This document shows, piece by piece, positions 1-8,504 of a stretch of DNA of 20,000 bases. The DNA is taken from contig NC_057719.1 in the NCBI RefSeq assembly GCF_004010195.1, positions 87,529,239 to 87,549,238 of the forward strand, given 5' to 3'. The notes beneath the pieces are model-generated. The model did not search any database and was not told where the DNA came from. It was given only the letters and a program-made list of their open reading frames with translations. How positions within the stretch are numbered: the stretch's first letter is position 1; every line of letters starts with the position of its first letter. The DNA comes from Chiloscyllium plagiosum (taxonomy: Eukaryota). The position numbers and the translations under genes were made by a program.

Positions 1-227
1 TTTCGCACCTACTCCAGTGAGGATGGGGAACTATCATCCCATTCATCCTCAAATCCCACACATCCTGACAACTAAAAGTATATAATATGAAGCTGCGCAC
101 GGGAACAGCAGAGCAGCCGAGATTCGGACCTCGGTTGACCTCCGCCGGCATTACTGCAGTAATAAACGTTACCGATTGTTGAACCGCACTCTGGGCTCGG
201 ACTGATGTCATTTCATCCGCGCTAACA
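1..227 (+). mobile_element. Probable 3' portion of an LTR (retrotransposon or ERV), truncated by the window edge
   Basis: CpG-rich segment with TATATAA (79-85), AATAAA (161-166) and a ...CTAACA end (227), the order expected for U3-R-U5. Sequence changes abruptly to a tandem repeat at 228. Confidence 0.5.
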
Positions 228-365
228 ACACCATGTTGCACTGGGACACTAGTACACACCATGTCGAGCTGGGACACTACTGCACATCACATCGAACTGT
301 GACACAATAACTCATCGGACTGCATCGCTAATACACACCAGCCTGCGACACTAATACACACTGCA
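228..365. repeat. Decayed ~28-bp minisatellite, about 5 units
   Basis: acaccatgttgcactgggacactagtac / acaccatgtcgagctgggacactactgc / acatcacatcgaactgtgacacaataac, then shorter degenerate units. Confidence 0.65.
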
Positions 366-396
366 CCATACTCTGCTGTCACTCGTCCTTTCTCAC

Positions 397-487
397 CTTG
401 ATGACGTTGTCTCGGTGAAGTCTGCACTCCTATGGTTTCTTCATCAGATGAGCAGCTATCAGTCTCTTTACTCTCTTGGTTCTCTGC
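397..487 (-). CDS. SPTBN5: Candidate SPTBN5-like exon encoding an acidic, Ser-rich non-repeat insert; 91 nt, phase 0 to 1
   Basis: Acceptor tcttattcacAG, strong donor AAG|GTGAGA, open frame in phase with the previous exon: AENQESKETDSCSSDEETIGVQTSPRQRHQ. It lies in non-repetitive sequence. No spectrin-repeat similarity, so homology support is lacking. Confidence 0.65.
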
Positions 488-1110
488 CTGTGAATAAGAC
501 ACATCACATCTTTCAAATCTCCAAGTTCATTTCATCACATCTGCTCAAAGGGCTGCTGCTTAAACAAATACCATGAGCTGAAACCAAGTACACAGCCAAT
601 TTTTTGTCAATGATCCAGCTCTTGTTTGGTGTCCTAGTGGAGCAATAGCTGAAAGGCATTAGGGTACAGTTTGATGGCCCTAAAACTCCTAAGTAAAGGT
701 CCCTCTACACTGTTCCCATCAAATTCCCAGGACAGGCAGGAGGATAATAAGTAGAAGAGTAATCTAGTTGGTGTACTGAGCCATCTGTGCCACTCAATTT
801 GATCAAGGCTCATCTTCAGTTTGAACTCAACTTCCTTGACACCTTGACATTCAGACTGACTTCACAAGAGTAAAAGCTCTATCTATCTCAGCTTTAAATT
901 TATTCAAGGATGGAATGTCTCCTCACAGGTAAGAATTCCAAAGCTTCACAACACTCTGAGTGAAGATATGTTTCCCCATCTCAGACCTGAGGTGTTGCTG
1001 TGTTAACCTGTTCCTGTCTTCTAACCTCCCCAGTCAGGGGAAACAACTTCTCAGTGTTTACTACGTCAGTTCCCTTCATTGAGGTCGTCCCCTATTTTTC
1101 TGGAGAACAC

Positions 1111-1432
1111 TAGATTAGATTAGATTACATTACATTACAGTGTGGAAACAGGCCCTTCGGCCCAACAAGTCCACACCGACCCGCCGAAGCGCAACCCACC
1201 CATACCCCTACATTTACCCCTTACCTAACACTATGGGCAATTTAGCATGGCCAATTCACCTGATCTGCACATCTTTGGACTGTGGGAGGAAACCGGAGCA
1301 CCCGGAGGAAACCCACGCAGACACGGGGAGAACGTGCAAACTCCACACAGTCAGTCGCCTGAGGTGGGAATTGAACCCGGGTCTCCGGCGCTGTGAGGCA
1401 GCAGTGTTAACCACTGTGCCGCCGTGCCGCCC
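1111..1432 (-). mobile_element. HE1-like tRNA-derived V-SINE, full length, young
   Basis: Minus strand reads GGGCGGCACGG, A-box TGG/CGGCACAGTGG, B-box GGTTCAATTCC, V-domain (GTGTGGAGTTTGCACGTTCTCCCCGTGTCTGCGTGGGTTTCCTCCGGGTGCTCCGGTTTCCTCCCACAGTCCAAAGA), CR1-like tail and (TCTAA)n end. Near-identical to the copies at 1681 and 3732. Confidence 0.92.
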
Positions 1433-1680
1433 ATACTGACCCAATTCGCTCAGACTCCCAGCAAAGGATAACTCTCTCACCCCAGGGACCAATCTGGTGA
1501 ACCTTTGCTGTATCAGCTCGAATACAAGGATAGCTTTTATTCGACCTGGTCACTAAAACTGCATGCACCTCTCTTATGGAGTAGTCTCACATAATCCCTA
1601 TACCACTGCAGCAAGACTTCTTTATTCCTGAGTCTAAATTCCTTGCAATACATATCATTTTCCTCATACATACAAAATAA

Positions 1681-1992
1681 TTAGATTAGATTAGATTAGA
1701 TTAGATTAGATTACTTTACAGTGTGGAAACAGGCCCTTCGGCCCAACAAGTCCACACCGACCCGCCGAAGCGTAACCCACCCATACCCCTACATTTACCC
1801 CTTACCTAACACTACAGGCAATTTAGCAGGGCCAATTCACCTGACCTGCACATCTTTGGACTGTGGGAGGAAACCGGAGCACCCGGAGGAAACCCACGCA
1901 GACACGGGGAGAACGTGCAAACTCCACACAGTCAGTCGCCTGAGGCGGGAATTGAACCCGGGTCTCTGGCGCTGCGAGGCAGCAGTGCTAAC
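1681..1992 (-). mobile_element. HE1-like V-SINE, 5'-truncated (A-box lost), long (TTAGA)n tail
   Basis: Matches 1111-1432 but stops at ...gtgctaacc (1992). Six TTAGA units at 1681-1710. Confidence 0.92.
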
Positions 1993-2420
1993 CTTGTACG
2001 AATATACCAGACTCCCTCTGAACATCAACATTTACAAAGGTTGTACCGTTTAAATAATATCCTGCTGTTCTAATCTTCCAGCCAGAGTCTAACTTGCCAC
2101 CTTATTGCCCACTCACCTCCTCTGCCCACTGCTTTAATCTGTATTTTTGTACAGCCTCACAGCCTGTATTCCCCCTGACTACACAGTGTCAAAAACAGAT
2201 ACATATATCTTTGTCTAAGTCATTCATATTACAAATGACTGAGAATGAGCACTAATCCTGTGGCATTGTAGTTGTTCCAGCCCACCAACTTAGAAATGCC
2301 TCATTTAAACCTATTCATTAATTCCTGTCAACTAACCAACACTCTATTCATGTTAATATATCGTTCAACTCCTTGAGCCCTCTTGTGTGTATTAACGTTT
2401 CGTGTGGTATCTTATCGAGC

Positions 2421-2714
2421 TGGCACGGTGGCACAGTGGTTAGCACTGCTGCCTCACAGCGCCAGAGATCCGGGTTCAATTCCCGCCTCAGACAACTGAC
2501 TGTGTGGAGTTTGCACATTCTCGCCATGTCTGCGTGGGTTTCCTCCCACAGTCCAAAAATGTGCAGGTCAGGTGAATTGGCCATGCTAGATTGTCCGTAG
2601 TGTTAGGTGCAGGGGTAAATGTAGGGGAATGGGTCTGGGTGGGTTGCGCTTCGGCGAGTCGGTGTGGACTTGTTGGGCCGAAGGGCCTGTTTCCACACTG
2701 TAAGTAATCTAATC
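2421..2714 (+). mobile_element. HE1-like V-SINE in opposite orientation, with internal deletion
   Basis: A-box TGGCACAGTGG 2429-2439, B-box GGTTCAATTCC 2473-2483. About 19 bp deleted between the two GGTTTCCTCC direct repeats. Tail taagtaatctaatc. Confidence 0.92.
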
Positions 2715-2964
2715 AATGCCTTTTCAAAATCCAGATATACTATGTCTACTTATTCCTCTTTACTTATTCTCCTCAGTACATCCTGAAAATACTTTAATAA
2801 AATTTGCCATGCAGGACTTCCCTTTAATTAAACCTTGTTGACTTTGATCATGTTGCAACTGCTTGCATGAATGATGCGGGATAGATGGGAAGGGGTCTCA
2901 GGAATGGACCATGTTATCACAGAGAAACTGGGTCTCCAAATGCTGAAAGGAGAAGATATGTTTG

Positions 2965-3660
2965 ATGATGTGTTTACCGTCACTGAATTCCTCCATTATC
3001 AACATCTTGGGGGGTTATCATTGGCCAAAAACTCCATTGGACTCACCATAAATGCAGTGGCTACAAGTGCAGGTCAGAGGCTAGTAATACTCCAGCAGGT
3101 ATCCCACCTCCTGACTCCCCAAAGCCTGTCCACCATCTACAAGGCCCAAGTCAGGAGTGTGATGGAATACTCTCCACTTGTCTGGATGGGTGCAGCTCCA
3201 ACAGCACTCAAGATGTTTGACACCATCCAGGACAAAGCAGCTCACTTGAATGGACCACATCCACAAGCATCCGCTCCCTCCACCACAGATGGTCAGTAGC
3301 AACACTGTGTACTTTCTAAAAGACGTACTGCAGAAAGTCACCAAAGATCCTCAGACAGCACCTTCCAAACCCACGAACACTTCCATCTAGAAGGACAAGA
3401 GCAGTAGACACATGGGAATACCGCCACCTTCAACTTCCCCTCCAAGCCTCTCACCATCCTGACTTGGAAATATATCTGTGCTCCTTCACTGTCGCTGGGT
3501 CAAAATCCTGGAACTCCTTCCCTAATGGCATTGTGGGGCAGAATGAGGAAGACTGCACCAGTTCAAGAAGGCAGCTCACCACCACCTTCTCAAGGGCAAC
3601 TAGGGACAGGCAATAAATGCTGGCCCAGCCAGCGACACCCATAAATGAATACTTTAAAAA
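2965..3660 (+). mobile_element. 3' fragment of a CR1-group (CR1/L2-like) LINE, second family
   Basis: Post-RT ORF2 segment LLTPQSLSTIYKAQVRSVMEYSPLVWMGAAPTALKMFDTIQDKAA. 3' tail caagggcaactagggacaggcaataaatgctggcccagccagcgacacccat followed by an A-rich end. Confidence 0.8.
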
Positions 3661-3731
3661 AAATTTTAAAAAGATGACATCACCCTGAGGCGGGTGATGA
3701 CAGAGGATAATCTGTTGAATATGGACACTGG

Positions 3732-4048
3732 TTAGATTAGATTAGATTACTTACAGTGTGGAAACAGGCCCTTCAGCCCAACAAGTCCACACCGCCCCGC
3801 CGAAGCGCAACCCACCCATACCCCTACATTTACCCCTTACCTAACACTACGGGCAATTTAGCATGGCCAATTCACCTGACCTGCACGTCTTTGGACTGTG
3901 GGAGGAAACCGGAGCACCCGGAGGAAACCCACGCAGATACGGGGAGAACATGCAAACTCCACACAGTCAGTCGCCTGAGGCAGGAATTGAACCCGGGTGT
4001 CTAGCGCTGTGAGGCAGCAGTGCTAACCACTGTGCCACCGTGCCGCCC
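3732..4048 (-). mobile_element. HE1-like V-SINE, full length, young
   Basis: Near-identical to 1111-1432; (TTAGA)n tail at 3732-3748; intact A and B boxes on the minus strand. Confidence 0.92.
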
Positions 4049-4174
4049 ACGGGCAGCCTGTCCCTATTTGCCCTTGAGAAGGTGGTGATGTGGAAGCAGA
4101 GGCCAAGGGAGAATCCAAGCATGCCTCTGGGAGGGAGGCAAGGGAGTGTGAGCAGAGAAGAATGCTCAAGCACA

Positions 4175-4840
4175 GGACATGCTACATTTTCCTGCCTCCT
4201 TCTCACGGGTCTGAGACCCCTCACCCTCATTTCAAGTGAAACAGAGATTTACTTGTCCTTCTTTCAATATAATCGACCATATTCACTGTTCATGAAGTGG
4301 TCTGCTCCATAATGGGGAGACCAAATGTAGACTAGGTGATCCCTTTGGAGAACATCTTTGTTCAGTGACTGAGCATGACCCAGCATTCCACTGTTCAGCA
4401 TTCCAATTCTCCCAGCCTGACCTCTCTATCCTGCTACACTTGAAAGAAGTTCAAGGAATAGCATCTCATCTTGCGATGCACTTTACAGCTTTCTGCACTC
4501 AATATGGATTTCAACAATCTTAGATAGTAACCTTTGCTTACATCCTGTTTTGTTTTTGTTGGCTTCTTTCTTTATTCCTTCATCTCACATTCATACATAA
4601 TCTTTGTTTCTTAACATATCCAGTAATACATTTTTTCGCTAGTTTACATTGTGAAAACTCCTCTTCTCTCCATCCTATCACAGTCATTCCTTATGGTCTA
4701 TCTTGCCCCTCCCTCTCCTACTAGCTAAAACACTGTCACGTGTTAACCTATCCATCAGTTTAGATGAAAAGTCATTGGCTTGAAACAATTGCAATCTTAC
4801 TCTTCAAAAATGCTGCCTCAGCATTCTGTCAGCATGTTTT
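4175..4840 (+). mobile_element. Old Penelope-like element, 3' fragment (decayed GIY-YIG endonuclease and 3' end)
   Basis: From about 4231 it reads FQVKQRFTCPSFNIIDHIHCS*SGLLHNGETKCRLGDPFGEHL, a degenerate YCI.C...LYIGET.R.L..RF.EH. A hammerhead-like remnant follows at about 4760-4790, then the atgctgcc terminus shared with the other PLE copies. Confidence 0.7.
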
Positions 4841-4862
4841 AATTTAACATTTTAAAAATATA

Positions 4863-5630
4863 TTCACTCATTGGATGTGGGTGTCACTGGCTGGGCAGCC
4901 TGTCCCTATTTGCCCTTGAGAAGGTGGTGGTGAGCTGCCTTCTTGAACCGCTGCAGTCCACCTGCTGTGGGTTGACCCACAATGCCCTTAGGGAGGGAGT
5001 CCAGGATTTTGACCCAATGGTGATATATTTCCAAGTCAGGATGGTGAGTGGCTTGGACAGGAACTTGCAAATGGTGGTTTTCCCACATATCTGCTGCCCT
5101 TGCCCTTCTGGATGGAAGTAGACAGACTTTAGGGCAATAGGAGGTGAGTTGCTTGCTACAGAACTCCTAGCCTTTAACCTGCTCTTTAGACATATGAATG
5201 TCCAGTTCAGTTCCTGGTCAATGGTAGCTCCCAGCATGTTAATAGTTGGGGATTCAGCGATAGTACCAATGAACATTAAAGGACTATATCAATGGGCTAG
5301 GTTATCTATATGCCTCGTCCAGTTCAGTTTCATGGATAACCTCTGGGATGTTGATAGCTGGGGATTCAGTGATGGTAATGCCATGGAATATTAAGAGTAA
5401 ATGGTTAAATTCTCTCTTGTGCGAGACGGTCATTCCCTTCTCCTCCACTGAATTTTTAATTGTCCTTCATGACTGGATGTGGCAGGACTGCAGAGCTTAG
5501 ATCTGATCCGTTGGTTGCCGGATCGCTTAGCTCTGTCTAGCACTCACTACATATGTTGCTGGACATACAAGTAGTCCCATTTGATTGACTCCTCATTTTT
5601 AGGAATGTCTGGTGCTATCCTATTACAGCC
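4863..5630 (-). mobile_element. Fragmented copy or copies of the same LINE family as 2965-3660, inverted
   Basis: 4863-5120 is the reverse complement of about 3380-3650. An upstream segment (gtccagttcagtt...ggggattcag) appears twice, at about 5200-5282 and 5317-5400. Confidence 0.78.
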
Positions 5631-5723
5631 TCCATTGAAGCATGATACAATTATATACAAAACTCTGGAGAATCCCTCTGACAGTCTCTAACACATACAT
5701 AGACACAGGGTAGAAGTGAGTAC

Positions 5724-5939
5724 CTGACACATTGTTAACGGAACCTGCTGTATGGCCACGACTGCCAAATCGCCCAGTCTCTTCACTTCACCAGAATATG
5801 CCGCTATCTCTTTCTCCAGACGCATGTGACGCTGCAGGAGGGCGTCAGCACTGGCCTCATCCTTTCCACAATCCCCACTTTCCAGAAGAGGCTGTTTCTC
5901 GAGCAGCCAGGAACGGGCCTCGTTGATATCTGCGAAATA
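5724..5939 (-). CDS. SPTBN5: SPTBN5-like exon, 216 nt, phase 0 to 0
   Basis: YFADINEARSWLLEKQPLLESGDCGKDEASADALLQRHMRLEKEIAAYSGEVKRLGDLAVVAIQQVPLTMCQ, with spectrin repeat motifs YFAD..EA.SWL.EK and G.DE..A..LL..H. Acceptor tcgtcccctcAG; donor CAG|GTACTC. Confidence 0.9.
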
Positions 5940-6129
5940 CTGAGGGGACGAGACCAAGAAACCTGCTCATTTAGATGCAGTGGCAACCCCCCCTGTTAAC
6001 AACCCACCGACCACCTCACAGCCTCACAAAGGCTTCTTATGAAAGAAACACTTCTTACTGGTCTTCATGTAATCAACAGTTCATGCAAGATACAAGACAT
6101 CTGTTCTTTTTTTTTCTGATGTTGATCAG

Positions 6130-6480
6130 GAGCCATGTCAAAACATTTAAAACTGTTAAGGAGTTCGATAGATTAGAACCCAGTGGGATGTTACTTCTGC
6201 CCAAAGGCTCTAGAACTGGGGGACAAGTCACAGAACAAGACTTCAGCTATTTTGGACTGACATTCTTGTGCCAAATTTGATTTCTCTACTCCAGGAAGCT
6301 GCAGATCCTCGCTCTGTAGGATACCCAAGAGAAAGATTGATGGCATTTTGAGCATTGAGTGCATTATAGAATATGGGGATAGTGCAGGAACATCCGACTT
6401 ATACTGCTGATCAGCAATGAGCTTAGTGAACTGAGTTTGAACAACAGAATAGCCCCCTATTGCTTATGTTCTTGTGTTCA
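6130..6480 (+). mobile_element. Very old CR1 LINE 3' fragment
   Basis: KTFKTVKEFDRLEPSGMLLLPKGSRTGG resembles the CR1 ORF2 C-terminal E.YKI..G.DR......FP....SRTRGH. Ends in a ttatgttcttgtgttc tail. Confidence 0.55.
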
Positions 6481-6588
6481 ACTGTAAATGGATCCTCCGG
6501 ATATATTTGGATTCTGGCTACAGTGGTTTGTTGTAAAGATTCTCACCCAGTCACCCAACTTAGTCTCTGCTCCTTGGTCATATCTCAC

Positions 6589-6789
6589 CTGTTTGATAGT
6601 CAGTGCAGCTTGCAGCCGAGAGTTCCTAATTGCAACCTCATCCTTTAACTGCTGCCATTGCTTCTGGAGGGTATTGACCCATCTCCTCACCTCCTTCTCG
6701 CAGTCCAAACTTCGCTGGTACAGATGCTGGCCCTTCCTCACTACTGAGAAACATATCGACTGGTGGCTGTTAACCTCCGACTCCAGGGC
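6589..6789 (-). CDS. SPTBN5: SPTBN5-like exon, 201 nt, phase 0 to 0
   Basis: ALESEVNSHQSICFSVVRKGQHLYQRSLDCEKEVRRWVNTLQKQWQQLKDEVAIRNSRLQAALTIKQ. Acceptor ttcttgttttccaAG; donor CAG|GTGAGA. Confidence 0.92.
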
Positions 6790-6856
6790 CTTGGAAAACA
6801 AGAACAATCAGTATATGTCACAGACTCCAACTACACTGTGCTCTCACTCACACCAT

Positions 6857-7550
6857 GCTCTGAGACACTGGCCCCTGTCTCACACGCCCTCCACGCTCTG
6901 GGGCACTGGCCCCTACCTCACACTTCCTCCACCCTCTGGGACACTGGCCCCTACCTCCACACTCCCTCCACACTCTGGGACACTGGCCCCTGTCTCACAC
7001 CCCCTCCACACTCCGGGACACTGGCCCTGTCTCACACACCCTCTACGCTCTGGGACACTGGTCCATCTCACACCCCTTCCACGCTCTGGGACACTGGTCC
7101 CTGTCTCACACCCCCTCCATGCTCTGGGACACTGGTCCCTGTCTCACACCCCTTCCATGCTCTGGGACACTGGTCCCTGTCTCACACCCCCTCCACACTC
7201 TGGGACACTGGTCCCTGTCTCACACTCCCTCCACGTTCTGGGACACTGGTCCCTGTCTCACACCCCCTCCATGCTCTGGGACACTGGTCCCTGTCTCACA
7301 CGCCCTCCACACTCTGGGACACTGGCTCTGTCTCACACCCCTTCCACGCTCTGGGACACTGGCCCTTGTCTCACACTCCCCCCACGCTCTGGGACACTGG
7401 CCCCTGTCTCATACTCTCCCCACACTCTGGTACACTGGCCCCTGTCTCACACTCCCTCCACGCTCTGGGACACTGGTCCCTGTCTCACACTCCCTCCACG
7501 CTCTGGGACACTGGCCCCTGTCTCACACCCTCCATGCTCTGGGACACTGG
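6857..7550. repeat. ~38-bp minisatellite, about 19 units, filling most of an 863-nt intron
   Basis: Unit ctctgggacactgg(c/t)ccctgtctcacac(c/t)ccctcca(c/t)g. GGGACACTGG cores recur at 36-40 bp spacing (e.g. 7088, 7126, 7164, 7202). Confidence 0.97.
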
Positions 7551-7652
7551 CTTCAGGAGTCCACGTGTCCCTGATCCATGCCTGGAATGACAGTGCACAT
7601 TGTGGCAGCTGAGTGCAGTGAGGCATGTTACCATGGTTATCCCAGCCTGTAC

Positions 7653-7806
7653 CTTGTGTTTCTGGATCAACACTGCGATCTGGGTGACATCACGGCCTAA
7701 CGCTGCTGTCCGCACCAACTGCCACTTCTCGAAAATCCAGGCCTCCTCCTCATCACAGTCCCGGAAAAACTCAAACAATTGGTGTTGCTGCTTCAGTTTA
7801 GAACGC
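7653..7806 (-). CDS. SPTBN5: SPTBN5-like exon, 154 nt, phase 2 to 0
   Basis: (R)RSKLKQQHQLFEFFRDCDEEEAWIFEKWQLVRTAALGRDVTQIAVLIQKHK. The C.EEEAW...AALGRD..QI...QKHK pattern matches beta-V spectrin as I recall it. Acceptor taatacAG; donor AAG|GTACAG. Confidence 0.93.
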
Positions 7807-7844
7807 CTGTATTAACAAGAGAAATGACTAAGGCCACAGTGAAA

Positions 7845-7950
7845 AAGAGAGGGAGAGAGAGAAAGAGCAAGAGAGCGCGGGAGAGGGAGAGAGAGAAAGA
7901 GAGCGAGAGAGAGAGAGAGAGACCCCGAGAGACAGCAAGAGAGAGTCCAA
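7845..7950. repeat. Imperfect (GA)n microsatellite / purine tract; (CT)n on the transcript
   Basis: gagagggagagagagaaagag...gagagagagagagagaga, starting about 40 nt upstream of the 7807 acceptor in transcript orientation. Confidence 0.9.
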
Positions 7951-8109
7951 GAGACCATGAAAGACACCAAGTGACTGAGAGACAATGTACTTCCTCCCAG
8001 TCACTACACCTTTCTCCCTTATAGCAGGAACCTGGGGAGACTGCCAAGGTTCACATCACATTCTTACCAAACCGGTATCAGTTGTGTTTTATGCTGGATG
8101 ATAACTGAC

Positions 8110-8342
8110 CTAACTTTGCTGAGTTCCAGGAGGTTGGTGTAAGCATCATTGAGCTCCTTAAGTTTGCCCTGAAACAGGTCAGTGTTCAGCTCACTGCTCC
8201 TGCTGAGGTGGTCAGCCTTCTCATTGATGTGTTTCAGATTCTCTCCGTGAGATGAAATTTGAGAATCGATCAGGTTGTGCTTGTGTACCATGTCCTCCAC
8301 ATCAAGTAGATGCTTACCGTAATCACTCGAGCTTACCAGGGC
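8110..8342 (-). CDS. SPTBN5: SPTBN5-like exon, 233 nt, phase 0 to 2
   Basis: ALVSSSDYGKHLLDVEDMVHKHNLIDSQISSHGENLKHINEKA...LLELSKV(R), matching the beta-spectrin S.DYGKHL..VEDL.QKH motif. Acceptor ctcctccAG; donor AG|GTCAGT. Confidence 0.93.
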
Positions 8343-8504
8343 CTGGAGGAGGAGAGAGGAACAAAGCTGGATCACAACTAGAGCTCTTCTGCACTTTCCA
8401 TCATTGTCTTGAAGGGACTGATACCACCCTTTTACATATTATAGCCAACTTTATTTTAACCGGCACCTTAATCAACTGGCAATTTTGATAAATCAACACA
8501 TAAA

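Larger units (their letters stand above)
770..2850 (-). mobile_element. Old, highly decayed CR1-type LINE (3' end plus ORF2 RT region), interrupted by three HE1 SINEs
   Basis: Segments 770-1110, 1433-1680, 1993-2416 and 2715-2850 are collinear with the recalled shark CR1 ORF2 reverse complement; for example gtggtatcttatcg|SINE|aatgccttttcaaaatccag rejoins. Homologous to the better-preserved CR1 at 10756-14720. Confidence 0.7.

Noticed and set aside
692..740. Single degenerate unit resembling a common shark tandem repeat (gtaaaggtccctctacactgttcccatcaaa...cccaggacagg)
   Set aside because: Only one short decayed unit, recognised from memory; too weak to annotate.
2421..2490. tRNA gene
   Set aside because: The A and B boxes belong to a SINE head that runs directly into the V-domain; no standalone tRNA with terminator.
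1140..4004. Three near-identical ORFs MWKQALRPNKSTPT... suggesting a gene family
   Set aside because: They are antisense translations of HE1 SINE copies.
6857..7550. CRISPR-like regular repeat array
   Set aside because: Units are contiguous with no unique spacers; vertebrate intron, no cas genes.
6488..7612. Long plus-strand ORFs (374, 275 and 151 aa) with HTPSTLWDTG-type repeats
   Set aside because: Artefacts of a stop-poor 38-bp minisatellite that is open in several frames; antisense to real spectrin exons.
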